A stretch of DNA of 64,000 bases from the NCBI GenBank assembly GCA_039715185.1, contig JBDLIA010000006.1:1736-65735 (forward strand), read 5' to 3'. A model generated the notes under the pieces. The model saw nothing but the letters and a program-made list of their open reading frames with translations. It did no database searches and was not told the DNA's origin. Origin of the DNA: Gemmatimonadota bacterium. Its GTDB lineage: Bacteria > Gemmatimonadota > Gemmatimonadetes > Longimicrobiales > RSA9. Positions 44,431-54,523 of this stretch are shown here, piece by piece. Position 1 is the first letter of the stretch. Every line of letters begins with the position of its first letter. Both the position numbers and the translations under genes were made by a program.

Positions 44431-46476
44431 ATGTCCCGCAGCCAGGTCGAAGTGTCAATCATCGGGGTCGACACCGGGGGCACCTTCACGGACCTCGTCG
44501 GCTGGATCGCGGGTGAGTGGCACCGCCTGAAGATTCCGTCCACCCCGGACGATCCGGGGCGCGCCGTGGTGGAGGGAGTGCGACGGCTTCTGGCCAAGGA
44601 AACGCGCGCCCGCGTGGTGCACGGGTCGACCGTGGCCACCAACGCGCTGCTGGAGCGCACCGGCGCGCGCACCGCGCTCGTCACCAACCGAGGCTTCGAG
44701 GATCTGCTCGAGATCGGACGACAGGCTCGGCCGACCCTGTACGCGCTGGAGGCGAGCCGGCCGGCGCCGCTCGTGAGCGCCCGGGACCGGGTGGGACTGG
44801 CCGGCCGCATCGGCCCCACGGGAGAGGTGGAGGAGGCGCTTTCGGCCGCCGAGTTGGAGGCGCTGCCGGGTCGACTGTCGGAGGCCGAGTCGGTGGTCGT
44901 GTGCCTCCTGCACGGGTACGCGAACCAGGCCGAAGAGCGGCACGTCGCCGAGGCGCTCGCCGGCTTCGACGGCGCGCTGACCCTCGCCTCCGTGCTGGTG
45001 CCGGAGTTTCGCGAATTCGAGCGGCTCTCCACGGCCGTGGTGAACGGCTACGTGATGCCGCTGATGGCCGGGTATCTGAGCGCCCTGGTCGCCGAGCTGG
45101 GTTCCGACGCGGTTTCGGTGATGGGTTCGGGGGGCGGCTGGCTGAGCGTACCGCGCGCCTCAGCGGAGCCGGTGCGCACGGTGCTGTCCGGGCCCGCCGG
45201 AGGCGTCCTCGGCGCGCGGCACGTAGCCGCCGAGGCGGGCGTGGAAAGGGTGCTCTCGCTGGACATGGGCGGCACCTCGACGGACGTCGCGCTGTGCCCC
45301 GGCGAGCCGCTGCGCACGCGAGAGCTGCGGGTCGGGGGACAACCTCTCGCGATCGACGTGCTGGACGTACACACCGTCGGCTCGGGGGGAGGCTCGGTGG
45401 CGTGGGTCGACCCGGCGGGGGCGCTGCGGGTGGGGCCCAGGAGCGCCGGCGCCCGGCCGGGCCCGGCGTGCTACGGTCTGGGCGGTGAACGCGCGACCGT
45501 GACCGACGCGAACATGGCGCTGGGGCGCCTGCCCGCTGACGCGTTCGGCCTGGAGGGAAAGCCCCTCGACCCGGCGGCGGCGCGCCGCGCGCTGGAGGCG
45601 CTGGGGCGCGACCTGGGCGTGGACGCCGAGGTAGCGGCGCAGGCGATCATCGACGTCGCCGACGCCGCCATGGAGGCAGCGCTCCGCCTGGTCAGCGTGG
45701 AGCGCGGATACGACCCGGCGGAGTTCACGCTGGTGGCGTTCGGCGGAGCGGCCGGACTGCACGCGGCGTCGCTGGCGTCGCGGCTGGGAGTCCCGAGCGT
45801 GCTCGTGCCGCGCGATCCGGGTATCCTGTCTGCGTACGGCATGGTGGTGGCGCCGGCGCGCAAGGACGCGTCGCGATCCGTCCTGTGGACGCACTCGCAG
45901 GACACCGAGGTGCGCGTCCGGCGACTGCTCGATGAGCTCGAGGAGGGCACGCGCGAGGCGCTCGGGCGCGACGGCCTGGATGCGGCCGACGTGGTGACAC
46001 GGCGTTGGGTCGATGCCCGTTACCTGGGTCAAAGCCACGAATTGCGGGTCCCGGCGGACGGCTGGGCGGAGCGGTTCCACGCGCGGCACGAGTCGGCGTA
46101 CGGGTACCGCAGGGATGATCCGGTGCAGGCGGTCACGCTCCGCGCGGAGTCCACGGCGGAGCTCGGCGTAGTACGCGAGCGGGAGGCGCTCGGCGCCTCC
46201 GACGGCAACGGCGACGAGCCGGCACGGGCTCACGCGGCGCACGCGAACGGCCACGCGCGGGTCCTCTGGCGCGGGAGCCAAGTGGCTGCGCGGGTGTCGC
46301 CCAGGACGGCGCTTTCGGCGGGAGAGGCCAGCGCGGGTCCGGCGATCCTGACCGAGTACACGTCCACCACCTGGATTCCGCCCGGTTGGAGAGCGGTGGT
46401 GCTGCCCGGCCTCGCCCTCGAGTTGGCCCGGACCGAAGACCCTTCCGCGCCGAACTCAGGGCGGCTCGGCGGGTAG
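44431..46476 (+). CDS. Hydantoinase/oxoprolinase A-family protein
   Basis: ATG at 44431 (or GTG at 44452) inside ORF 43285..46476. IIGVDTGGTFTDLV N-terminal signature. LSLDMGGTSTDVAL second ATPase motif. No B subunit adjacent. Confidence 0.8.
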   Translation: MSRSQVEVSIIGVDTGGTFTDLVGWIAGEWHRLKIPSTPDDPGRAVVEGVRRLLAKETRARVVHGSTVATNALLERTGARTALVTNRGFEDLLEIGRQARPTLYALEASRPAPLVSARDRVGLAGRIGPTGEVEEALSAAELEALPGRLSEAESVVVCLLHGYANQAEERHVAEALAGFDGALTLASVLVPEFREFERLSTAVVNGYVMPLMAGYLSALVAELGSDAVSVMGSGGGWLSVPRASAEPVRTVLSGPAGGVLGARHVAAEAGVERVLSLDMGGTSTDVALCPGEPLRTRELRVGGQPLAIDVLDVHTVGSGGGSVAWVDPAGALRVGPRSAGARPGPACYGLGGERATVTDANMALGRLPADAFGLEGKPLDPAAARRALEALGRDLGVDAEVAAQAIIDVADAAMEAALRLVSVERGYDPAEFTLVAFGGAAGLHAASLASRLGVPSVLVPRDPGILSAYGMVVAPARKDASRSVLWTHSQDTEVRVRRLLDELEEGTREALGRDGLDAADVVTRRWVDARYLGQSHELRVPADGWAERFHARHESAYGYRRDDPVQAVTLRAESTAELGVVREREALGASDGNGDEPARAHAAHANGHARVLWRGSQVAARVSPRTALSAGEASAGPAILTEYTSTTWIPPGWRAVVLPGLALELARTEDPSAPNSGRLGG

Positions 46477-46480
46477 GGAG

Positions 46481-48871
46481 GTGCCGCCAGGGCAGACGGC
46501 GGCCCGACAACGACACGCGAATTTGCGAGCGGCGATGGCATCCGACCGATCCGGTTCTCGCAGGAAACGCGCGCAGGCGAGCGCGTCAGATCGACAGAGC
46601 GGTCCTTCGACTCCCAGCTACGAGCCCCCTTACCGCTGGGCGTTGCTGGCCGGCGGGCTCGTGTTCGTGCTCTACATCCTCACGCTGGCGCGTACGACCG
46701 CGTTCTGGGATACGAGCGAGTACATCGCCACCGCGCACATGCTGGGCGTCCCGCACCCGCCGGGAAATCCGATGTTCGTGGTATTCGCCCGCGCTTGGGA
46801 CCTGCTGCTGACGCCCATCATCGACTCGACCGCCATCCGGCTGAATCTCTTCAGCGCGTTCATGTCGGCGGCCGCGCACGGATTCTGGTTCCTGGTGGTG
46901 TACCGCATCCTGGCCGACTTCTCCGACAACAAGACCTTCCGACTGGTCGGCGCCTGGGCGGCCGTGCTGCTGAGCGCGACTGCGTTCACGGTCTGGAACC
47001 AGAGCAACGTCAACGAGAAGGTCTACACCGTCTCGCTGCTCACCATCGCCCTGCTGTCCTGGCTGGCCTTCCACTGGCGGGACAACCTGGGAAGCCCCAA
47101 GGACCACAACCTCATCCTGCTGGGCGCCTACATCCTGGCGCTGTCGGTTGGCAACCACCTGATGGCGTTCCTGGCGGCGCCCGCGCTGTTCGTGTTCATC
47201 ATGATGGTGGACCGGTCGATTCTGACGAACTGGCGGCTCTACGCCGGCATGGCGCTGGTGGCCGTAATCGGCCTTTCGATACACCTGTACCTGCCAATCC
47301 GCGCCGGGCTGGATCCGGTGATAAACGAGGTGGACCCGTCCACCCTGGATGCGCTTTTCCAGTCGCTCGGTCGCACCCAGTACGACAAGCCGGGCGTGAT
47401 GGCGCTGCCGTGGGACCCGAGGCTGCCCCGCTCGCCCGAGCTGTTCGCCGCGCAGATCGGCAATTACGCGCAGTACTTCGACTGGCAGTGGGCGCGCTCG
47501 CTGGCGGGCAACGACTCCACCTTCGGGGGCTGGCGGCCGATCTTCACGGCGCTGTTCCTCGGGCTCGGGGTGGTGGGCGCGTACCGGCACAGCCAGAGCG
47601 ACCGCTCGAGCTTCGCCTACGTGGCCATCCTGTTCGCGACCGTGTCACTGGGGCTCGTCTTCTACCTGAATTTCAAGTACGGCTACAGCTGGCGCCGCGA
47701 CGTCTACCCCGCCCAGGCCATGCACGAGGTTCGCGAGCGCGACTACTTCTTCATCGTGAGCTTTTCCTTGTGGGGGCTGTGGGCGGGCGTGGGGCTGGCC
47801 TCGCTGTGGCGTCAACTCGGGCAGAAGCTGGGCGGCGCGGGGCGCGGGCTGAAGCTCGCCTCGCCGCTGCTCGCGCTGGGCTTCGTGCCGCTGTTGGCGA
47901 ACTGGGGCTGGGCCACGCGGGCCGACGACTACTCGGCGCGCGACTGGGCTTACAACCTGCTCAACAGCGTGGAGCCGTACGGCGTCCTGATCACCAACGG
48001 CGACAACGACACGTTCCCGCTGTGGTACCTGCAGGAGGTGGAGGGCATCCGCCGCGACGTGCAGGTGATCGTGATGAGCTACCTCAACACGGCGTGGTAC
48101 GTCAATCAGATCAAGGATCTCACGACGCCCTGCGGCCCGGGCGAAGATCCGGACGCTGATCCCACGCGGATCCTGTGCCAGCGGCCCTACGAAGTGGACG
48201 CTGGGCCAGGCATATACCGGACCCCCTCGCTGAGCGCGGACCCACCGCCGCAGACCGTCGGTGGCGACCCGGGACCCGGCAGGCGTCCGCCCACGCAGTC
48301 GATCATCCAGATGGAGCCGGCGGAAGTGGACGGGGTCGCCAGGGGCGGCTTCCGGGTCCGTCAGAACCAGGAATTCGCCGCCGGCCGGATACGCACCATC
48401 ATCGCTGCGGGGACGGTGTTGCTGCCCTCCGACGTGTTCCTGGGGCACATCATCGGCCAGGCGATCGAAGACCGGCCCATCTTCTTCGCGACGACCACTC
48501 AGGCCTACCGGAAGCTGGGGCTGGCGCCGTACCTGGTGCGACAGGGGGTGGCCTATCGGCTCAACGACGGCGCTCCATCGGAGGGCGCCGGCGTGGTGGA
48601 GATAGACGACCCCGCCGCGGCCATGACCGCCGGGCGCTGGGTGGACGTGGAGCGCACCGACTCGCTCCTGTGGAACGACTTCGTGCACCGCGAGGGCTTC
48701 CCGGACAACCAGGAGTTCTGGGTGGACGAGTCGACGCAGGGGATCCCGTTCTACTACGGCTCGGCGCACGTGGCGGCGGCGCAAGCGCACATGGCGCAGG
48801 CGGGCGACACGGTTGCGGCGCGGCGCCACATGCTGCGCGCCGACGAGTGGTTTCGGTTGGCGAACCAGTAG
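46481..48871 (+). CDS. DUF2723 (GT117-like) polytopic membrane protein
   Basis: AFWDTSEYIATAHMLGVPHPPGNPMFVVFARAW is the DUF2723 signature. Many TM helices, then a soluble C-terminal domain. Alternative ATG at 46535. Confidence 0.8.
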   Translation: MPPGQTAARQRHANLRAAMASDRSGSRRKRAQASASDRQSGPSTPSYEPPYRWALLAGGLVFVLYILTLARTTAFWDTSEYIATAHMLGVPHPPGNPMFVVFARAWDLLLTPIIDSTAIRLNLFSAFMSAAAHGFWFLVVYRILADFSDNKTFRLVGAWAAVLLSATAFTVWNQSNVNEKVYTVSLLTIALLSWLAFHWRDNLGSPKDHNLILLGAYILALSVGNHLMAFLAAPALFVFIMMVDRSILTNWRLYAGMALVAVIGLSIHLYLPIRAGLDPVINEVDPSTLDALFQSLGRTQYDKPGVMALPWDPRLPRSPELFAAQIGNYAQYFDWQWARSLAGNDSTFGGWRPIFTALFLGLGVVGAYRHSQSDRSSFAYVAILFATVSLGLVFYLNFKYGYSWRRDVYPAQAMHEVRERDYFFIVSFSLWGLWAGVGLASLWRQLGQKLGGAGRGLKLASPLLALGFVPLLANWGWATRADDYSARDWAYNLLNSVEPYGVLITNGDNDTFPLWYLQEVEGIRRDVQVIVMSYLNTAWYVNQIKDLTTPCGPGEDPDADPTRILCQRPYEVDAGPGIYRTPSLSADPPPQTVGGDPGPGRRPPTQSIIQMEPAEVDGVARGGFRVRQNQEFAAGRIRTIIAAGTVLLPSDVFLGHIIGQAIEDRPIFFATTTQAYRKLGLAPYLVRQGVAYRLNDGAPSEGAGVVEIDDPAAAMTAGRWVDVERTDSLLWNDFVHREGFPDNQEFWVDESTQGIPFYYGSAHVAAAQAHMAQAGDTVAARRHMLRADEWFRLANQ

Positions 48872-48919
48872 CGACGCGGGTCGGCGCGAAGGCGCTCGCC
48901 GCGGCGGCCTCGCCGGGCT

Positions 48920-51364
48920 TCAGCCGCGCAACGCGGCCAGCGGCAGTGTGTCCGCGCCCGGCGCCACCGACTCCGGGCTGACCACGCTGCTGCCGGTGCG
49001 CTCGTCGTAGCCCACCCGCAGCACGTGGTCGACGCCCTCGCGGATCTCCTCCACGTGGGTGATAAGGAGCACCTGGTCGAAGCGCGTGCGCAGGCGCTGC
49101 AAGAGGCCCAGGACGCCGCTGCGTCGCTGCGCGTCGAGCGAGCCGAACACCTCGTCCAGGATGAGCACCGACAGCGGCTGACCGGCGCGCTCGGCTATCA
49201 TCTGGCTGACCGCCAGGCGCAGCACGAGGTTGGCCACGTCCTCCTCGCCTCCGCTGATCACCGGCTTGGGCGTGCCGTCGTCCAGGACGAGCACGTCGTA
49301 GGCCTCATCCACTTCCACCGCCGCGTAGCGGCCGTCGGTCACGAGCGCCAGGAAATCCCCCGCCAACGCGCCCAGCTCGGGCCGCACGCGGGCGTTCAGC
49401 TCCGCGCGCAGCTCGCTGAACACGCGGTCGAGCTCGTCGTGAAGCCGCCGCTCGCGCTCCAGCGCCTCCAGGCGCGCCCGGCGCGTGGCGTCCTCGGCCA
49501 ACGCCGTGTCCGCGTGCGCCAGCCGTTCGCGGGCCGCGCGTTCCTCGGCGCGCGCCTCGCTCAACGCGAGATCCGCCGCGCGCGAGTCCGCCTCCGCCCG
49601 CTCGTGATCGTGCAACGCGTCCCGGTAGGCGGTCTCCTCGAAGCCCAGCTCCGCGCGCGCGGTCGTGATCGCGGCGTGGGTCTCCTGCGCCCTTTCTCTG
49701 GTGGCGCGGGCGGCGGCCGCCTCGGACGACCAGCGCGCGCGCGCCGACAGCGCCTCCTCGAGCGCGCTCGCGCGCATCGTCGCGTCCCGCAGCTCGGCCA
49801 GCGAGGCCTCCGCCGCGGCCAGCGCGGCCGGGTCGAAGTCGTCGGGGAGAGCCTCGATCTCCGAGTCGGCGCGCGCCAGCCGTTCCCGCAGGCCCGCTGC
49901 CTCCGAGCGGGCGCGCTCCAGGTCCCGCACGCCGTTCGCGCACCGCTCCAGACGCGAGCGCAGGCGATCCACCTCTGTGGCGGCGGACCCGCGGGCGGCC
50001 GCCGCGGCGCCCACCTCCTCGGGCTCCTCGCCCAGCTGCTCGACGCGCTGCCGGTAGTACTTGCCGTCCTGCCGCAGGCGAACGCGCTCGTCCTCCAGCG
50101 CCTTGAGGGCGCTCTCGAAGCCCGCCCCGAGCGGCCTTCCGCACGTCGGGCAAGGGCTTTCGGGGCCCACTTCCACCAGCCGCTCGATGCGCTGCTCGAG
50201 GTCCTTGTATTCGCGGTGGTAGACGGCCAGCGCCGCCTCCACTCCCTGCCTCTTCTGCCCCCACGCCTCGCGCTGCGCGGCCTCCTCCGCGCTAGCCTTC
50301 TCCAAGGCCTCGCGGGCCCGTGTGGCTTCGGCTTCGCACTCGGCGAGCAGTCGCGGAGCCTGCTCCAGCCCCTCCAGGCGGGCCTGCTTGGCGTCCATGT
50401 CGCGGCGACTGTCCGCCGCCGCCTCGAGCAACGCCCGCCGGCGTTCGTGCACCCGCGCCAGGTCCTGCTGGGCGCGCACGGCGGCCTCGACCTCGCCCAG
50501 CCGCGCAAGCCCCGGCCGCAACGCGGCCAGCTCCGACTCGGCGGCCTCGGCGCGCGTCAGCTCCTCACCGGCCGTCCGCTCCGCGCGCTCCGCGGCGTCC
50601 CGCTCCGCCAGCGCGGCCGCGGCGCGCGTGGCGAACGCCGCGTCTTCCTGTCTGGCGCGCTCCAGCGCCGCCCTCAGCGGCGCGGCGCGGGCCACCTCCG
50701 CGGCGGCCGCCCCGGCCGTTCCCTCGGCACCCCGCGCGGCTTCCGCCGCCCGGTCCAGCCGCGCCTGCGCTTCGGCCCGCTCGCGCTCCAGCCCGGCCCG
50801 CGGCGGCAGCGCGCCGGCGAGTCCGGTGGCCTCGTGCCGAAGTTCGGTGCGCCGACCGCGGGCGAGGTCCTGCGCCCGACGCAGGCGCTCGTAGCCGAGC
50901 ACCTGGTTCAGGAAGCGGGCCCTTTCGGCCGGGCCGAATCGCGCCAGGAAGTGGAGGTCGCGCTGCCCCGTGTAGTAGGTGTTGAAGAACTCATCCCTGG
51001 CCATGCCCAGGCGTCGGGCCAGGTACTCGGTGACCCCGCCGACGCCGCTCGCGACGGGCTCGGTGCCCCCATCCACGAACGCGTCCGCGGACGACAGAGA
51101 GCGCCGGACGCGGTACTCGTGCAGGCCCATGCGGAAGGTCAGCTCGGCGCGAACCCGGGCCCCGGCGGGCGCGCCCGCGTTGCGGATGGTGTCGTTCGTG
51201 CCGCGCGTCGCCGCCGCCCCGTATATGGTCCAGCCGACGGCCTCCAGCAGCGACGTCTTGCCCGCCCCGTTGGGGCCGATTATGGCGGTGATCCCGTCGT
51301 GAAACTCGACCTCCGTACTGGCGTGCTGGCGGAAGTTCTCGAGCGCGAGCTGCACCAGCTTCAT
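48920..51364 (-). CDS. sbcC: SbcC/Rad50-type ATPase
   Basis: ATG at 51364 (ATGA overlap with sbcD). Walker A IIGPNGAGKTSLLEA. Long coiled coil with CPTCGRPL zinc hook. C-terminal signature SGGEEDVANLVLRLAV and Walker B LILDEVFGSLD. Confidence 0.8.
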   Translation of the reverse strand: MKLVQLALENFRQHASTEVEFHDGITAIIGPNGAGKTSLLEAVGWTIYGAAATRGTNDTIRNAGAPAGARVRAELTFRMGLHEYRVRRSLSSADAFVDGGTEPVASGVGGVTEYLARRLGMARDEFFNTYYTGQRDLHFLARFGPAERARFLNQVLGYERLRRAQDLARGRRTELRHEATGLAGALPPRAGLERERAEAQARLDRAAEAARGAEGTAGAAAAEVARAAPLRAALERARQEDAAFATRAAAALAERDAAERAERTAGEELTRAEAAESELAALRPGLARLGEVEAAVRAQQDLARVHERRRALLEAAADSRRDMDAKQARLEGLEQAPRLLAECEAEATRAREALEKASAEEAAQREAWGQKRQGVEAALAVYHREYKDLEQRIERLVEVGPESPCPTCGRPLGAGFESALKALEDERVRLRQDGKYYRQRVEQLGEEPEEVGAAAAARGSAATEVDRLRSRLERCANGVRDLERARSEAAGLRERLARADSEIEALPDDFDPAALAAAEASLAELRDATMRASALEEALSARARWSSEAAAARATRERAQETHAAITTARAELGFEETAYRDALHDHERAEADSRAADLALSEARAEERAARERLAHADTALAEDATRRARLEALERERRLHDELDRVFSELRAELNARVRPELGALAGDFLALVTDGRYAAVEVDEAYDVLVLDDGTPKPVISGGEEDVANLVLRLAVSQMIAERAGQPLSVLILDEVFGSLDAQRRSGVLGLLQRLRTRFDQVLLITHVEEIREGVDHVLRVGYDERTGSSVVSPESVAPGADTLPLAALRG

Positions 51365-52554
51365 GCCGCGCCCCCATCCCCTGCGCGCGCCAGGTAGGCC
51401 TCGGCGAGCCTGGCCAAGCGCGGCGCGTCCAGGTCGGCGGCCGAGGGTTGCCAGTCGCGCAGGAAGGCGCCGACCTCCTCCTCCAGCGAGAGGCGGCGCT
51501 CCGGGGGCGTCGCCGGCGCGCGCGGCGCGGCGGCTCGGTCGGGGCGGCGCACGTCCAGGTGGAAATGCAGCGCCCTGGCCCGGTAGGACCGCAGCCGCTC
51601 GTGATCCAGCGCCGTCTGCTGAGCCCGCGGAGCCTCGCGCAGGACCAGGCGCACCAGCTTGCCGTCGATGCCTCCGGGCACGGCGTCCACCCGCTTGCCG
51701 ATACGCTCGTCCAGTACCGCCGGGTCGAGGAAGTCGCCGCCGGGGGCGCGGCCGCTCAGGGGCTCCAGGTCCAGCACGGGACGGGTGGCGATGGGGTGGA
51801 ACCGCGCGCTCGCCGAAACGGTGTCGAAAGTCACGAACCCGTTCGGTTCCTCCGCCTCCGCCCAGATGTTGGTGCTGGTGGATTCGGTGGCGCCCGCGTA
51901 CCAGGTGTTGGGGGCCAGCTCGGTGGCGACGTGGTAGTGCCCCAGCGCGACGTACGTCCAGCGCTCCGGGCGCAGCTCCTCCAGGCCGAGCTCGATCCCC
52001 CCGTACCCCACGCCCCGACGGATCTTCTGGGCGTTCGGCCCGCCCACCACCGTCGCGTGCATGAGGAGGACGTTGTGCCGGGCCGCCGGGTCCGGCTCCA
52101 GGATCAGCGGCTCGCCGCGCGCCAGCGCCGCGTAGGGCACGCACAGGACGGAGGTGTCGGCCCCTCCGGCCTGGACACGCACGGCCTCGGGGGCGCGGCC
52201 GTCGGCGACGTGAACCCCCGGGATCTCGGCGAACAGGCGCAGGATGCTGCCGGTCTCGGCGGACCGGGGCGCGTCGTGGTTGCCGGAGATGATGACGATG
52301 GGAGAGTCGGGCAGGCCAGCCCGCAGGCGCAGTATCTGGCGGAACGCGTCGGTGATGGCGGCGTTCGGGGGGCGCACGGCGTGAAACACATCGCCCGCGA
52401 TCAGGACCAGGTCCGGGCCGAGCCGCAGCACGCCCTGAATGGCGGCCTCGAACCCGTCGGACACGTCTCGCTCGCGCTGATTGCGTCCGTCCGGCGCGGC
52501 CCTGTGGTAGGCGCGGTAGCCGAGGTGGGGGTCAGCGATGTGCGCGAGGTTCAT
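51361..52554 (-). CDS. sbcD: SbcD/Mre11-type nuclease
   Basis: AHIADPHLG, LVLIAGDVFH and ISGNHD are calcineurin-like phosphoesterase motifs. Confidence 0.85.
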   Translation of the reverse strand: MNLAHIADPHLGYRAYHRAAPDGRNQRERDVSDGFEAAIQGVLRLGPDLVLIAGDVFHAVRPPNAAITDAFRQILRLRAGLPDSPIVIISGNHDAPRSAETGSILRLFAEIPGVHVADGRAPEAVRVQAGGADTSVLCVPYAALARGEPLILEPDPAARHNVLLMHATVVGGPNAQKIRRGVGYGGIELGLEELRPERWTYVALGHYHVATELAPNTWYAGATESTSTNIWAEAEEPNGFVTFDTVSASARFHPIATRPVLDLEPLSGRAPGGDFLDPAVLDERIGKRVDAVPGGIDGKLVRLVLREAPRAQQTALDHERLRSYRARALHFHLDVRRPDRAAAPRAPATPPERRLSLEEEVGAFLRDWQPSAADLDAPRLARLAEAYLARAGDGGAA

Positions 52555-52567
52555 TGGCCCCGGTGCC

Positions 52568-53890
52568 TCAGCTGTAGCCGCGGGCGGGGACGCCGATGAC
52601 CTGGCCCGTGACCCCGGTCGCGCCGTCGCCCGCCAGGAACGCCACGACCTCGGCGACCTGTTCGCGCGTCACCCAGGCGACGGACTCGGGGGACTCGGTC
52701 CCGCGACGGTTCTCCTCGGTGTCCACCATGCCTGGCGCTATGGCGTTGACGCGCACCCCGTGATCCTTCTCCTCCAGCGCAACCGTGCGCGTAAACGCCA
52801 CGACGGCGGCCTTGGCGGCGGCGTAGGCTCCGAGTCCGCCCACGGCTCGCTCGGCCGCCTTGCTGGCGAAGTTGACCACCGAGCCCCCGGTCTCCCGCAG
52901 TGCCGGCAGCGCGGCTCGGGTCATCACGTAGGCGGTGGTGGCGTTGCGCTCGATTTCTCGGGCCCAGCCGTCCAGCTCGGTCTCCGCCACGGGCGCGACC
53001 AGGCCCAGGCCGCCGGCCACGTTCACCAGCGCGTCCACCCTGCCGTAGCGTTCCAGCGTGGTCTCGAGCACGCGCCTGGCGCCCTCCGGGCGGGACAGGT
53101 CCGCGCTCACGCCCACCACGTCGCCGTGCGCCCGCAACTCATCGGCCAGGCTCTCGACGACCGTGGACAGATCCGCCACGACCACGCGCGCCCCCCGCGT
53201 GATCAGCGTTTCGGCGACCGCGAACCCGACCTGACCGCGCCCGCCGACGCCGGTAACGATGGCCACTCGATCCTGCAGGTCCACGCGCAACTCCAGTCGC
53301 TTCCGGTTATCGTAGACGCCCGCGAAGGCAACCAGAACGGCGGCGCCCAGCATGGACGATCCCAGGGGCGCGGCCGGTACCAGCCACGAAGCTGACACGA
53401 GCATGCCCAGTCCGGCGCCCAGCAGAACCGCGGTCGGCGGCGGCACGGGCGACGCACCCGCCGCTATGCCCTTCGCGGCCGTACCGCCGCGTAGAGCCGC
53501 GTCCGCCTTCGCCAACGCGGTCGCCAGCGCGGCCAGCGCGTACGCTGGCTCGGCGATCAGCAGCACCACGGCGAGCAGGCGGCCCCACAGCGACGTCCGC
53601 AGAACGGGCAGGAACAGCCAGGCCTCCGCGTACAGCGCGGCGGCCGCGAACGCCACGACCAGCGCCGTCCAGCGACCGCGCACCGCGGAGGGCGAAGGCG
53701 CGCGCCCCGCGTGCACCCAGATGCCCGCCGCCGCCGCCGTCGCGGAGACCGCCATCAGGAAGGCCGCAGCGCGTAGCAACCCCGCGCCGGTATCCAGCGT
53801 CAACGACGCGCCGATGAGCGTGACGGCCCCGTAGGCAACGCCCGCCACCCCCGCGCCGACCGCGCTGGGCCAGGCGCGCCGCTCGGTCAT
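52568..53890 (-). CDS. Membrane-anchored short-chain dehydrogenase/reductase (polytopic N-terminal domain fused to SDR)
   Basis: ATG at 53890 (ATGA overlap with the upstream stop). The first ~190 aa are Ala/Leu/Gly-rich hydrophobic helices. An SDR domain follows, with VAIVTGVGGRGQVG and YAAAKAAV (YxxxK). Confidence 0.7.
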   Translation of the reverse strand: MTERRAWPSAVGAGVAGVAYGAVTLIGASLTLDTGAGLLRAAAFLMAVSATAAAAGIWVHAGRAPSPSAVRGRWTALVVAFAAAALYAEAWLFLPVLRTSLWGRLLAVVLLIAEPAYALAALATALAKADAALRGGTAAKGIAAGASPVPPPTAVLLGAGLGMLVSASWLVPAAPLGSSMLGAAVLVAFAGVYDNRKRLELRVDLQDRVAIVTGVGGRGQVGFAVAETLITRGARVVVADLSTVVESLADELRAHGDVVGVSADLSRPEGARRVLETTLERYGRVDALVNVAGGLGLVAPVAETELDGWAREIERNATTAYVMTRAALPALRETGGSVVNFASKAAERAVGGLGAYAAAKAAVVAFTRTVALEEKDHGVRVNAIAPGMVDTEENRRGTESPESVAWVTREQVAEVVAFLAGDGATGVTGQVIGVPARGYS

Positions 53891-54477
53891 CGAGTGTACC
53901 GGCCGTATCCGCCGCGGTAGTAGACCAGCGGTGACCCTTCCCGTGCGTTCCCGCCAACGACCTTGCCGACCATGATGGAGTGGTCGCCGCCGGCGTAGCA
54001 TTCCCAGATGGTGCACTCCACCCAAGCGAGCGCCGAGTCGAGGATCGGCGCCCCGGTCGCGCCTCGGTGGAAAGCCACGCCTCCGAATTTCTCGGCGGTG
54101 TTCCAGGTGGCGAAGCGACGCGACAGCCGCTCCTGATCCTCCGACAATACGTTCACGCCGAACGACCCCGCCGAGACGATGCGGTCGTGGGAGTCGGCGG
54201 AGTGGTCCACGCACACCAGCACCAGCGGAGGGTCGAGCGAAACCGAGGCCACCGCGTTGGCCGTCAGGCCGCACGGCTCGGCTGTCTCGGAGTCCGCCGC
54301 CGTGACGATCGTCACGCCGGTGATGAAGTGCCCGAGAATGCGCCTGAACTCAGCGGACTCGAGCTCGGGGTTGTCGGCCGAGGGGCTCACCCCTGAAGGG
54401 TCCGCTCCGTAGCCGGGCCTCTGCGTCGCCTCGTCGAACGAACTATGCATTACGTTGCGTTTGGGGTACGGCCCCAT
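53887..54477 (-). CDS. Flavin reductase-family protein
   Basis: FRRILGHFITGVTIVTAA...GLTANAVASVSLDPPLVLVCV is the flavin reductase (HpaC-like) signature. Start is either 54477 or 54450. Confidence 0.8.
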   Translation of the reverse strand: MGPYPKRNVMHSSFDEATQRPGYGADPSGVSPSADNPELESAEFRRILGHFITGVTIVTAADSETAEPCGLTANAVASVSLDPPLVLVCVDHSADSHDRIVSAGSFGVNVLSEDQERLSRRFATWNTAEKFGGVAFHRGATGAPILDSALAWVECTIWECYAGGDHSIMVGKVVGGNAREGSPLVYYRGGYGRYTR

Positions 54478-54523
54478 CTACTCTTGGCGCTCGACGAAAC
54501 GGGGCCCGTCCACCTCCTCTTCC

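Noticed and set aside
48920-52554. SbcC/SbcD pair as a candidate novel Rad50/Mre11-like defence system
   Set aside because: Both proteins have the canonical architecture (Walker A/B, zinc hook CPTC, phosphoesterase motifs) and the usual sbcD-sbcC overlap. No additional defence-type partners are present. I treat them as housekeeping DNA repair genes.
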